This document shows, piece by piece, positions 21,976-34,667 of a stretch of 64,000 nt of DNA. Location of the stretch: assembly GCA_010909165.1 (NCBI GenBank), contig MU008158.1:3249478-3313477 (forward strand), in the 5' to 3' direction. The notes under the pieces are model-generated. The model had not been told where the DNA came from. It was given only the letters and a program-made list of their open reading frames with translations, and made no database searches. How positions within the stretch are numbered: position 1 is the first letter of the stretch; the number at the start of each line of letters is the position of its first letter. The DNA comes from Anthoceros angustus (lineage: Eukaryota; Plantae; Anthocerotophyta). A program made the translations under genes and the position numbers.

Positions 21976-23855
21976 CATGATCTGCCAACATGCATTCAAA
22001 AATCATAAAGCTGAAAATGGCGACTGATGTGATGCCATGGTACCCAACATCCATAGTGGTTGTTTTCATGATGAACAAATGCTTACCTTATACTTCAAGC
22101 AGTTTGTCCACCGCGCTGATGCACTCCACCTACCATTTAGTGCTAGAAGGTTAGCCAACAGCTTCCTGGGGTTTCCAGCCTACAACATATGGCACGTGGG
22201 GTTGCTTTAAAGGACACAAACCATGACCATCCGCACCTTTGGGATCAATCACTGCTGCAGTGCGACATGCACCTCCAGCAGCCAACAGTCCATTGCAGGA
22301 GCTACTGAGAGCATAGAGGGGTGACCACTGTAAGCACCAAAACGGTTTGCACCAATCCTGCCCGTTCACTTACTCTTAAATCCCAAACAGTCAACTGCAA
22401 AGTGAAAGGAAGAACGAAGGATATCGAACGACGTCAACAACTATGGAAGCACCAGCATTAATGTTGCAATGTGCATTCCACTTTGGTGGCGGACAAACAA
22501 AGAAAACAAGATTCATGCGTACTGTATATACGACAGTGACGATCGCACCTGAGGACCCTCTGCCACACCCAACGTGGAGGAAAAGCCCGAGCCTAAAAGG
22601 CCACCCCGAAGAAACGTGAGTGCTGCTGGTTGCTGGAGGCTGATAACCAACAAGCAGATAGAAACTGATATCAGTTTGGAGGGCAAATGCAGAAGTAGCA
22701 AACTCGTACATTTTAACACCAGAAGCAGTAAGGTCACAGCTTACCAACTTATGTGCGCAGAGGGTGAACATGGATATCCTTGCCATAAACATCGATAGTC
22801 TTCGCAAAGCCCCGTGCAGCAACAGCCTGAATTGAGGGCACAAAGTCAGCGCATAAAGCCTAATGCCTCAGAAACAAGAAGTGCACATGTGGACAAAGGC
22901 CTTACCAGCGTGGGGTTGGCCGTCAGCAAAGGCTAGGCCAGCCCAGCTGCCTTCTCCCACTCCAGCATCCTAAGGTACGACAGTGTAACCTGGAGCAAAT
23001 GGAATTCGCAAATATCTGTTTGAGAAGGTGCAAAAGCTAGAAAACAAAAAGAACTTGTCCACCAGCAGAAGCAACCTTGAGTAGGGACATCGAGATGATA
23101 AACCATGAGGCACCCATAAGAGTCCACAGAGCCGAGCATAAGCCCTCCATCATCTGTGTCAGGACAAACAGTGAACATGGCGATTAAAATCTTTGCAGGC
23201 AGGGCAGACCCAAGGGAACACAGCAAAAGAAGCAAAGCTTACAGGAACATCCGTGAGTGCCACACTCTGTATTTCAGCACGGTGAGAATACTGATCAAGA
23301 GCCCACGCCTCCAGATTCTGTGACCAACATCAATTGGAACACATTAACCCAAACAAGAAAACCAACCGGGAAGAGCATCCATATAGACTCTTTCGTGTCA
23401 CACAGACGAGCACGCGCATAGCATACAAGAATCAGACATTTGAGGGACCAAGGAAACCTGTCACTGCAGCTGCCAGCAAGTCCTCCTTCCCTTCTGAACA
23501 GCAGCACTGGATAGAGGTGCCTGCAAAACTGGAAGTGTCCTGTCAGCAGTCCCATCAACTGCCCTGTAGAGAAGAGAAGGGAGAAGAGTCCTACCTTGAA
23601 GCCATAAAGATGGATTTCGGAAGCGAAGTAAGCAGTGCACAAGCTGCCTTCCCTGTTAACCTGTGGACCACATGAATGTGAGCTGGCTACCCCGCCCACC
23701 TAAGTACCACCAAGTTGTAAAACGCAAGCCGCGAGGGGTAAGAAGAGGCTTACATGCACTGCCAGGCGACGCGAATAAGGGTATGCAGGGGAAGGATAAT
23801 CGAGGAGATGTGAAGGCAGCGTGGCCCGCTGCTGCGAACGCATGCGCAACGCCAT
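21972..23855 (-). pseudogene. WD40-like pseudogene W3: 5' exons with start codon, 3' exons replaced by Derlin
   Basis: ATG at 23855: MALRMRSQQRATLPSHLLDYPSPAYPYSRRLAVH|VNREGSLCTAYFASEIHLYGFK|... Carries the same TAG (22970-22972) and GKEDLL frameshift as W1. Confidence 0.8.
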
Positions 23856-24194
23856 TCCCGCCAACGCGGCCTCTCGATCTGGCGTCACTCGTAGCGTCGT
23901 CTCCGACAACCCATAGAAAAGCCAGGGGTTAAGTTGTAACGGCAGTCGGAGCACGTTTGAAGGTGGAGGGAAAGGCCGGCACGCTGCTGGGATTCTTGTG
24001 GTGCATCGTCCTTGGCACAGGAGTGAGGACTAGACTGGACCTAGCTGAGACCTTGCAGCTGCGGCTGTGGCGTGGGGTTGTTGCGCAGCTGCCATCGGCA
24101 CGCTTTGTGCCGCGAGTCATGGTGCACAGGGAGCAGCTGGTGGCGCAAGGCAGGTCTTGAGGTTTGGACGGTGGCAGGAGGCGGGCCGCTGTGC

Positions 24195-25123
24195 ATGCTT
24201 TTTGCATCAGACATGGGAATGTTGGAAAGGGCATGGATCCTCGTGCTTGTGCTGGCGGTAGCTGCGGTCGGGGCTCCCATGGTCCACGCCGGAAACCAGA
24301 ACGATGTGTACAGCCCTTGCAATGATACCAAAGTGCAGAAAAACGATGGCTTCACCTTTGGTCTCGCCTTCGGAAGCAACGGGAGTTTCTACGACAATGA
24401 TACTCGAGTCTCCCCTTGCGACTCCAGATTTCAGGAGTTGTCTGCCGGAGCTGTTATTGCTGTGTTTCGTCCCAAGGTGGACGAGATCACCTTGCTCACC
24501 ATAAACTACACCGATCTCACGCCGGTCTGTGCGGTTGTTGCTGTTTTCGAGGATGTGACCAGCTGCAACATACTGTCTTGTTCTGAGCCTTTTTGTTGTT
24601 CTTTGTTTGCAGGAAAACGGAAATGGATATGTTGTGGCCTTCTCAGGTGTAGAATACGCAGCTGCATCGTTTGTTAAGTTTGTGGCCAACAATTCTTACA
24701 TCGTCACCAGTCTGACGCTGGTAAGTAGCTTGTGGGGTTCCTTCCTGGACTGGACGGATGGAGTAGGCTTGCCTGCAATTCCGGTGGAGTCTCACAGCTT
24801 TCTTCATCCAGGTGTTGGACTTCAACAAGGGACGACTGGCAAACTACCTTTGGAAGGATGATAAGTGCGCCTCATGTCAATCAAACACTTCCTTCGTCTG
24901 CGTTAACGGGGAAGACTGTGCCATACCAACCGAAAGATGCATCGCTCGTGGTGGCAGTGTGGACTGCAGTGTGAGTATACAGGTGACGTTCTCTGGTGTT
25001 GATAAGCGGGATGCGGTGCTCAACTCCTGGTACCAGGTCAAGAATCTTCGTCAGTATTCCCTTTATTCCCTGTACGATAACCTGAAGAACTCCCTGACAA
25101 GCGATTTCAACCCATTTGGGTAG
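24195..25123 (+). CDS. Conserved plant secreted protein (Expp1-like)
   Basis: Exons 24195 (or 24213)-24524, 24613-24720, 24812-25123: signal peptide, NDVYSPCNDTKVQKNDGFTFGLAF, LSPCD-like motif, AVFRPKVDEITLLTIN, VLDFNKGRLANYLWK, FSGVDKRDAVLNSWYQVKNLRQYSLYSLY. Confidence 0.82.
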
Positions 25124-25504
25124 CGTAGCTGGCTCTGATTTGTGAGCCGATTTTTTGTGTTCCAACACTTGAGGGAGGCACTGTGGCCCCCAAAGTTGAT
25201 AAAGATTTCTGTTTGGATCGATCTGTGGATCGATCAAACCGTGGGACCAAGAGGGCACAGCATGCGCGAAGCCACGGACGGCAGCTCGTAGGAGCTTGCA
25301 GTCAGCTGGGATGCGTACTTATGTACATCGAGTATACATATACTTTCCCGCGTCTACAACGCTATGAACTGCCCAGAGAAGAAATAGAAAACCTAACGGA
25401 TATACTCGATTGGCGGGCTTTTTGCGTTTCTGGTTGAGGACTTGTCATCGCCCGCCCTTCTGCAGCTGAAATTGACGAGGGTCGTGACAAACCAGTCGGC
25501 AGGC

Positions 25505-28395
25505 ATGGGTATCAAGGTGCGGTCCGTGAAATTCCGAGTCGGAGAACTTACTTCAATTGCTTGCAAGTTTCTCACCCTGGGTGACTCATCCCCTCAGAGG
25601 TTGTTATCATCTTATGCTGCAGGGTCTTACGAAGCTGCTGGCAGATAATGCTCCCAGCGCTGTCAAAGAGGAAAAGATTGAGGCCTACTTTGGACGTAAA
25701 GTCGCCATAGATGCTAGCATGAGCATTTACCAGTTTCTGGTTTGTCTCTTGTCGCGGTATTCAAAGGAGTTGTTGGTTGTGGGTGCTCAGCTTCATTTCT
25801 CACACGCGCGCCTGGTTTCTTCTTTTCGCAGATCGTGGTGGGACGTACGGGGACTGAAATGCTCACCAATGAGGCTGGTGAAGTTACCAGGTATATTGAA
25901 ATTTCTCGCCGCTCCTGTGCAGCTGTCAGGAATTAGCTCCCATCATGCTTCCCCCTGTGCTACTCACAAGCTGCGTTTTCGTTGTCGATGTCAGTGTGTT
26001 TGATCCTCTAACCACTGTTTTCCGCAGCCATTTACAAGGCATGTTTAACAGGACTATCCGACTGCTGGAATCTGGGATGAAGCCGGTGTGAGTGCCAACC
26101 TGCGCTTACCTTCCATGTTCTCTGCCTAAATTTGGCTGTTTCCACTCACTTCATGGTTGCATGCAGTTATGTTTTTGATGGGAAACCACCAGACTTGAAG
26201 AAACAGGAGCTCAGCAAAAGGTGAAAAATGGATCTAGCCTATGCCCGGATGGTTCACATGTTTCATGATTGCATCGAAGTACGAATTTTTCTTACCTACT
26301 GTTTGTTCCCCTATGCAGATACGCCAGAAGAGAGGACGCAACCGACAATCTTGAACAAGCCCAGGAGGTAAACATGCTATCATATGGTCGTGCTGTCCCC
26401 TAATTGCCTTTTTCAGAGCCGCCTTTCCAGCTTCTATCGTGCAATATGTCGACAGGCTGGAGAGAAAGCTGACATTGAGAAATACAGCAAACGCACTGTG
26501 AAGGTAGAAACAGTCTCTTCAAACCTTGTTCAGCTCCTTTAACCGAGTTTGAGCAACGATTCGCTCTTTTTGTATTCTTCGGCCAAGCATAGGTCTCACT
26601 TGACAACTTGTCCCAAAGGTTACAAAACAACATAATGAAGACTGTCGCAAGCTTTTGCAGCTGATGGGGGTTCCTGTCATTGAGGTCTGTGCAGCTGTTG
26701 TGAGCTTGTGATCTGTGGCTGTGGCATTACTATGTCTACCGCATGGAGGTTTGGTGTGGGGGATGGTGATTGTGTGTTTTTATGCAGGCTCCTTCTGAGG
26801 CGGAGGCAGAATGTGCAGCACTTTGCAAGGCTGATAAGGTCAGTGTGATGTGTGTGCCTCCCTGAACGTCATAGTATTCTATCATTTTGGCAATTACACT
26901 CTTATCTTTGCGGAAGCTGGTTGCATGTCTGAGAAGATCTTGATGTTTTCAATTATTTCATTAGGTCCATGCAGTGGCTTCTGAAGACATGGACTCCTTG
27001 ACCTTTGGAGCACCAAAGTTTCTCAGACATCTCATGGAGCCAGCTTCAAGGAAGATTCCTGTCATGGAGTTTGAGATTTCCAAGGTAGTTTCAGCCAATG
27101 GAGGATGCCACTGTGGTGCCTGCCTCAGTCAGAGAACGTATACATGCGATCCATCCATGCTCTAATGTTGGTGGTTCCTCTCTCTCAAAGTGCAGGTCTT
27201 GTCAGGGTTGGAACTTACAATGGATCAATTTATTGACATGTGCATTTTATGTGGGTGTGATTATTGTGACACTATTCGAGGTACAGTCTGATTGACAGTA
27301 TCTTCTTTGTAATCCGGCTCTATGGTATCCCTCTTGAGTAACCTGATTGCTACATTCCTTGTATACTTCCACATTCAGGTATTGGCGCACAGACAGCACT
27401 GAAGCTGATCCGCCAGCACGGCTCACTTGAAGGAGTTTTGGAGAACCTCAACAGGAGTCGGTATTGCAGCCCTCTTCCTTCAGCGCGTACCATCAAGCTG
27501 TTGTCCATTTTACCAGTTCTGTTGTGAGCTTTTTGCTGACTAGATAAGACAGTTGTTGCCAGCTACCAAATCCCGGAGCCTTGGCCATATGAGGAGGCAC
27601 GCCGGCTTTTTAAGGAACCGCTAGTTACTCCTGCAGATGAGTTTCCAGAGCTGAAGTGGGTTTCTCCTGATGAAGAGGTTTATCCTCAGCTTCTCTGAGT
27701 GCATGTGATGGTCTACTGTATACCACTTTGTCATCTGAGAGCTTAACGGTTGTCCAATTACAGGGACTGAAGAAGTTTCTTGTTGAGGACAACGGTTTCA
27801 ACAATGACAGGGTTACGAAGGTGTTAGCTGGTGTCTTGTTTCTATGTGCTTCTTGTACCTATTTGACCTTGATAACTTATGCTATCTGTGTTGGATAATG
27901 AAGCAGGTGTTTCTCTCTGTGCCATCCTGAGATGTTTGCTGCTGAACTGTGTAGGCAATTGAAAAAATCAAGGCTGCGAAGAATAAGTCGTCACAGGGCC
28001 GGTGAGTTACTGCTTGTTCCACTGCTTTCGGTGGATATGAAGCTGTATCCAGCGTTTACCCCTGAGGTTTCAGTCGTTAATGTTGCATGTCACAGGCTGG
28101 AGTCGTTCTTCAAACCATCCGGGACTGTGTCTTCCACACTTAAAAGAAAAGTAAGTAGCCTCATCTTGAGGGCAGATTTTCACTTGTACCATCCAGTAAT
28201 TACCTGCTTGGGATTGTGATTGGATCAAAGAACTGCTGAATTAGAGTTCGCTCATTGAGTTGCTGTGATTTAGCTTGGTGCTTGACTTGTTTCTCTGATG
28301 AGAGTTGTCGTCTACAGGATGCCCCCAACCCAAAACCTACAGCCCTGCCGAAAAAAGGAAAGGGTGCTGGCAGGGGTGCAAAGGCCAAGAAGTAG
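25505..28395 (+). CDS. FEN1: Flap endonuclease 1 (multi-exon)
   Basis: MGIK|[11 protein letters not shown]...[81 protein letters not shown] (PIP box), basic tail; stop at 28393-28395. Confidence 0.97.
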
Positions 28396-29582
28396 AGTTG
28401 TTTCGTTACCACCCCTTCCGAGTTTTGGCCATGCGATCACTGGGGGGTTAGCTGTCGCTATGTTCTAGCGTGGTTCACAGATGCGGATGGATCCATTTGT
28501 TGGGGATGCAGATCTTTCCATGGACGCCAGTCGCCGTCCACGGCTACTGCACTGCCAACTTTGCACAAATGCGAGATCTGCTCAAGAACTAGTGCTTGGT
28601 TAGAGGTGGAAATCGCGGTATGCACGTCAACTTCCAAGCTCTTGTATCATTATGTACATACAGTAGGAGGCCTTCACATAACGACAGTCGTGACCAGTTA
28701 CAGATGGTGTGGAATGATAGTGAGATACCTGTCTCACCAAACTGTCCCGCTAACGGCGTTTCATGTGCCTACTGTGTTACATAGCAGCTCAATCTAGCCT
28801 GCAGTTTGCTAGTTCCTTCTAAGCTCTAAAACACCGGAGAGGACGAATATGCAGGCCACCACACCACATGCTGCTGCCCTTTGTGAAGAGCAGATTCACG
28901 AAAGCTCACGATCTCCAAATGACTGCCGCAGCAAAGGTTCATGCACGTCAATTTCCAAACTGCTGTGTTATTACATTGCAGCTGAAGTCTGGTGTTAACA
29001 ATAAGACAAAATATCACTACACGACACGAAAACTTGTGGCTCATGAAAACATGTCCCGCTAACAGACGTTCCCAAGCACAAATACTCTTGGCTCACCAAA
29101 ACGTGTCCCGCTAACAGACGTTCCCAAGCAACGTTTCACTGAAGCCGAATGCAGAGCAGGGGTATGAGTTGCAGGTCCTCTAAATCACCGATGAGGACAG
29201 GTATCCAGTCCACCACGCCACAAATACCATGGCATTTGTCACATTTGAAGGGCCAGAATCTTGAAGCTCATGATCTCGCAAATGTCTGGTGGAGCAATGC
29301 TTTCAAACTCTTGTATTATTACGTTACACCTGAAGTTATTTGACATACGACTGTCATGAGGAACGTCAACAATTCTAGATCGCGTGGAGTTAGAAGATAA
29401 CATGTGTGGCTTACGAAAACATGTCCCGCTATCAGCCATGCCTGTGCCAACCTTCGCAACATAGCAGTTCCATCTAGCTTGCAACTTCATAGTTATCACA
29501 AAATCGCATCGTTCTCTGCGCTGAACAACTACCTAATAAGAGAAAAGAGAAGAGACTCTCCAAGCCAGACCGCATGCTTTCT

Positions 29583-30380
29583 TCACAAGTGAAGGACCAG
29601 AAGCAGGAAGCTCGCGATCGCGAAAATGGCGTTCCCACGCAACATGTCACTGAAGCCGAATTCGGAGCAGAGATATGAGTTGCAGGTCCCAAAGCTTCCG
29701 ATGCCCTCGTTGGACACTGGAGGGTTATAGGTTATCGGTCCCAATGGCGGAAGATCAACCACGTCAGGAATAGGCAACGGCGAGTTGGCATATCCTGGGC
29801 CCGGTGCAGACGCAATGGAAGGGCCTGGCGGTACCCCTGGCGATAGCGACGAAGACGGTGAGACGACCTCAGGTGCTTGTGATGGTGGATGGACCGCAGT
29901 CCTTCGCGCTTGCTGTGGAGACTCTTGCCTGGGAATCTCCAATCCCGCCGGATCTTGGTCGACTTCCAGCATCCGTGTCCCTGGCGCATGATGAAGCCTG
30001 ATCAATACAGATTGCACGTCACCAGACTGCTGAGAACTCTGCCACTCCGAAGTAGTTGCAGCAATCGATGTAGTAAAACTCCTCTCCTTCACGTTGTCCA
30101 GATCCATGTCCATGGAATCCTTTGCATGGAATCGACCATTCGAAATAACACGGCTGCTGCCGCTGCTGGTGCTTGTTGCTTGACTGATCTCTTGGTGTGC
30201 AGACCCCCTGGCTTCCGCAGTGCTTGCAGCAGAAAAATGTGCGTTACCTCCGAACCGCATCTTGGCACTCACGGATCCGCGACAATCTCCTGCGCAAGCC
30301 GCCATTCCTGCACACAAGAGGAGACTTCTCGAGCACCATAGCAGCGTCAGGAAGACGCAAAGAAATCGTACGCGCGGCAT
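29583..30380 (-). CDS. Predicted GPI-anchored Ser/Thr/Pro-rich (AGP-like) cell-surface protein, 265 aa
   Basis: ATG 30380 MPRVRFLCVFLTLLWCSRSLLLCAG (signal-like); SPSSSLSPGVPPGPSIASAPGPG; C-terminus ...SEFGFSDMLRGNAIFAIASFLLLVLHL* (hydrophobic tail with no cytosolic residues). No family recognised. Confidence 0.6.
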   Translation of the reverse strand: MPRVRFLCVFLTLLWCSRSLLLCAGMAACAGDCRGSVSAKMRFGGNAHFSAASTAEARGSAHQEISQATSTSSGSSRVISNGRFHAKDSMDMDLDNVKERSFTTSIAATTSEWQSSQQSGDVQSVLIRLHHAPGTRMLEVDQDPAGLEIPRQESPQQARRTAVHPPSQAPEVVSPSSSLSPGVPPGPSIASAPGPGYANSPLPIPDVVDLPPLGPITYNPPVSNEGIGSFGTCNSYLCSEFGFSDMLRGNAIFAIASFLLLVLHL

Positions 30381-30850
30381 CTCTGCTCCCAATTCTCTCG
30401 GCTTATAGGACCACATCAGCAGAAGATGCTGAAACTCTCGCGGAGTCGAAGGAGGCAAGATGAGCGTGCCCCGCGGCGTGCAGTGACTAATGAGCATGGC
30501 GACGCCATGCAACGATACATGATTTTAAGCAAAACGTGCTACTTCACGATCCATCGTTTCGCCGACTAGGGCAATTAAGCCACAGTCGTTTAGCCGCACG
30601 CGAATCGAGAGTCTTCTTCTATTTTTTTTTCACACAGTATGAAATTACAAGCCATTGCATCCCACAGTTTGAACTTGCTTGACAAGGAAATGTCCTTGCA
30701 GCTAAGCAAAAACAACGGCTCAACTTCGAAGTTTTAGGTGACATTCGCATGCCGTGTTTAATGAGCAGATGATGTAATGTACAACACAGACCCAAAGCTG
30801 CCGCGCGAGCTTCGACAGGACTCCGAACTTGGCCGGAGAAATACTCCGAC

Positions 30851-33140
30851 TCAATCCACTTGTTGGGCAGCCACTGCCGCGCCTACCGGGCGCCACGCAG
30901 CCGAGGGCCTTGCAACCACGATTTCTTCCTCAGGGAACAGGGCCTTGATAATTCCGGGAGTCCTCAAAATTCTCCGTCCAGTCATCAGGGGGTACACGTC
31001 CTCCAGAAAGTAATATGCGTGTCCAGCAACCATGCCCTGCAAAATCCCCTTACGAAACTGCATTTAGTGGTGAGACCGGAGAGAGGTGCAAGTTTGCATG
31101 CCACTTCGTAGAGAAAGAAGAAACACTGGCTCACCAGGAGATCAACCCATGGTTTGCTGCCAACCATGATCGAGAAGCCCAAGAGAACCTGCACGAAGCC
31201 CACACAATGAGTCACGACAATGAGGATTCAGCCAACACTGAGCTAATTGAACATGGAATGCTGCTGATAGACTTAAGTCCTGACGGCACAGCATTGTGAG
31301 AGAAGGCACACTAACCCATGGAAGGTAAGGTGCTGTGAAACTGAAGAGACCAAGGAAACTCATCTGGACATGAGGATTGCGCTTGCTCCATACGTACACC
31401 TGTCGAAGAAGCAACCAAAGCTTCAGACTCACTCACTCGCATTTTCGCAAGTATACTGTAAACAAGCCAGGACCAAGACCTCAACTGCTGAAGAGCAACC
31501 ACGTACCATCATAAATGTGAGGGAGTTGCTCAAGAACACAATTCTGGCAAAATGAGAAAACCATGGAAGTGCACATCCCCCAACCACCATGAAAGTCAAC
31601 AAGGTGGCTCCGAAGAGAAGCATGAAGAAGAAGTCTGCTGTTCGCCCTCGAAAAGAGGTTTCCTCAAGAAGCTTGCAATATCGTGCAAGGAAGAACATGT
31701 GAAAGAGGAAATCCAGGTCTGTAGCACAAGCGGATTACGATGAGGCGCTACGGGGAGAACAGCACAGCATCAGGGTACCTACTCCAGAGGTCTGGATCTC
31801 TGAGCAAACCACTCGGTATGCGGGTATATGCCAAAGAAAAACTAGGTATAGAGGAGACAAACAGACCAACGAACGTGACTGGTTACCAGAGATTCTGACA
31901 AGACTGCAATGCCCCAGGCCTTCCAAAATAGCGTGTCACACCGATACTTACCAAGCCCTCCAAAGTAGAAAAAGTTTGTCACAAGTCTCCAAACTTCATA
32001 TTGCTTCACAACAAGCGTGGGATTCAAGTATAATTGAAGAAAGGAAATGACCTGCAACACGCTGCAGATTAGTAAACAATTAAGCAGAAGGGAGGCCATG
32101 CAGCATATTTCAACATCCATCTTAGGTATGAACTGAAGTAGAGTGAGGAAAACCACCACACACGGAACAAAACTAGAAACCCATGCTGTCTGAGGGGGAA
32201 TCTGTCAAGAGGCATCTGCTGCAATTCAGCGCAGTTATGAGCGAGCTGCGAGCCACTAGCCATGAGGTTCCTGGTGGCCACCGTGTTGCTAAGCTTACGT
32301 CCATCCTACGCTCAGTTTGTGCTTTCTGTTGTTCACTTAGAGAGAGTGACTATGAATTCTTTGAGAGAGAAGTTGCTCATAGAGGAGATAAGCATGCAGC
32401 AAACTTCCGCTAAGGAAGGAGGTTTACACGCTCGGACCTACAAAGCTCAGAAAAAAGGGTCTAAGCCTACTGATGGTAGTGCCGCTCGTGATGCAGCTCT
32501 CACACCCTGCGCAGAAGACTGCGACGGGCAAACAATGTGACGCGACAGCAGCCATTAGATACTTTTTGGCAGTGGGCACCTGAAAATTGATGCCCACTCT
32601 GGCTTTGCCTAGATGGCAACACTAGCAGTGGAGGTCCACTGGTCCCATCTACCAGCGGAGCTCCTTTGATTCTAGCCCGAGCCACCAGCTTGCACCACAA
32701 GGGAAAAAATAATCGAAGACCTCATCAGCTAGAGAAAAAAAAACATTTGGCAACGCTGGCGCAACAATAGGCTAACAATTGGGAGAAGTTTCTAGCGCCC
32801 CAGCCCGACTCCGAACCGACACATGCAATACAGAAACATCAGAACCAGACAGTCCTCAGCAACTCCCCACCTATGATGCCAAAGCCAAATCCATCCAAGC
32901 AAGGGAGCCGAAACCAGTGTCACTATCAACAAACGAGGAGACCTGCAAAGCAGAACCGCCGCGTTGCTCTGTTCTACTCCACGATCGCACAGCCCGTGAA
33001 TTGATGCAAACACACGTGTCTGAAGGGCAAGGGGAACCTACCTCAAGAGCACATCCTGCCGATGTTAGCACAGACAACGTCAAGTAGGAGCGAGTGATGA
33101 TGGGCATCTGCTTGTACCAATCCTCCACCATCTGCGCCAT
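30851..33140 (-). CDS. DER2: Derlin-2 (ERAD rhomboid-like pseudoprotease), intact, 244 aa
   Basis: Exons 33140-33042, 32051-31952, 31718-31507, 31399-31316, 31188-31135, 31036-30851, all GT-AG and in frame: [19 protein letters not shown]...[10 protein letters not shown]...[12 protein letters not shown]...VYVWSKRNP...[11 protein letters not shown]. Confidence 0.96.
32183..32420 (+). mobile_element. Ty1/copia gag (UBN2-like) fragment inside Derlin-2 intron 1
   Basis: [24 protein letters not shown], then after a frameshift [19 protein letters not shown]...[14 protein letters not shown], matching the copia gag UBN2 pattern; no LTRs seen. Confidence 0.6.
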
Positions 33141-33892
33141 AGCGTAGCACGCCTCAGCCCTGCTTCAGAATGCTCTTCAACAGAGGCCAGGAATTGCGTC
33201 ACAGTCCCTCGGCTGCACCCAGTGTGCTTCCCTCCGCAAATACTAAATCAGCCTCGCTGCACCAGCTGAAGCTCTTTCCACCACGGGAGCGGGAGTCAAG
33301 CCTATTCTGCTTGACCCACCGCCAACAGTGCCACCGATCGGGCGCAGAGAAGCTACTGCGATTCAGCTGCCAATTTCCTGCACACGGCAACACATTCAAG
33401 ACGCATGACAGCGTCCAGGAGCAGCCAGCTACCTATCTGATATAGGGCAGGTGGGACTCGGATCGTGGAGGTGGCCGCTCTTCATGCAATAACTAACCAG
33501 CCCCAGCTAATTTTTTGTCCCAATCATGAATACATACATCATATGTATGTAGTTAGAATGTAGAATCCGATCCTCCATGCTTGGTTGTTTTATGACTTTG
33601 TTTCGATCTTCTTATTTTCTATGTCCATACTTGTATAGGTAAAAATATCTGATAATAATGATATTTACTAGGGATACGGAATGGTAAGCACACAGTCCGT
33701 CACTAGTTTCTTGGTCATTATCTATATATTTTAATTATAATCTAAAGTATTTGATACCAAAAAACAATTGTGGATATGGGATTGATAGATAGTGCTTTAG
33801 ATGAATTAGAGTTGAATGTAGAAATAGGTATGAGAAGCTTACAACTTCTCTTTCCGTATCTTTAAGGTCCCACCTAAACACGACTAAGTAGA

Positions 33893-34111
33893 AGACGAAG
33901 AAGAAGAATTTTATTTAAGTCCACTAAAGATGGATTTCCGTCATGGGACTTGGTACTTAACAACTTGTACCATGGTGTGCCTAAGCTACTTGCACTAAGG
34001 CCATCCACTCCCTTTAGGCACCCCATCTAAGTACCGATCTAAGCTCATGATGCTTAATCACGACGTTCTTATAAATGTGTGTCCATTTGGCCTAAGCCAT
34101 TTGGACACACA
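33893..34111 (-). repeat. Dispersed ~210-bp repeat, copy 1 (possible SINE/LINE 3' end with (TTC)n tail)
   Basis: Similar to 34668-34945; minus strand ends aaataaaattcttcttcttc; other end carries an atgtgtgtcc...ggacacacat hairpin. Confidence 0.55.
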
Positions 34112-34667
34112 TTCCAAATGAGTAGGTTTCAACAGGCCCACGAAGTTCCGCTGCTCGTTGTGCTCGTCGACCTCAAAGATAGAAATTGGCTGTGGCTTGT
34201 AGTCACTCAGCTCTGCATGGTTATCAACCAACTGAACAATCTCAAGCCGACTTCAGGTATCACCCATGTAAAGAAAAGAAAAGATTTAAATAGAACAATT
34301 TATGCCTGAGGGTGGTGGCAAGAAAGTAGACTAAAACCATATCCATTTTTGGTGTAGGATGGCAGCTTTGTTTTAGGTGTTAGGTACAAAAAAATACGTT
34401 AAAATTTACTTGACCTTGATATCTACTATACTATCAAATATGAATAAAATTATACCCAAACATATGATGAGAAGCAAAGAAAAAATCAAAACTGTTAGGT
34501 GTTAGGTGTTGTGCATGATAGATGTGCACCCCATAGAAAAACAAAAATTATTTTGCTCACTCCACGATGGGGGTGTGTGTGTGTGTGTGGGGCATAATAT
34601 TTACTTATGCAAGCTTTGATAAACTTGTGAAAATCCTTTTGCGTGATACGAGCTAGAGAGCCATGAA

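Noticed and set aside
17905-23855. Rescue of a full WD40 mRNA by splicing W3 5' exons to W2 3' exons across the mosaic
   Set aside because: W3 carries an in-frame TAG (22970-72) and a frameshift shared with W1 upstream of the splice point, so the product would be truncated unless both are sequencing errors.
25211-25239. Hairpin gtttggatcgatc-tgtg-gatcgatcaaac as a miRNA precursor
   Set aside because: Stem of ~12 bp is far too short; built from self-complementary GATC words.
1623-33140. SVIP plus Derlin as an ERAD/p97 gene cluster
   Set aside because: About 29 kb apart with unrelated genes between; no shared regulatory evidence; chance co-location is likely in a gene-dense genome.
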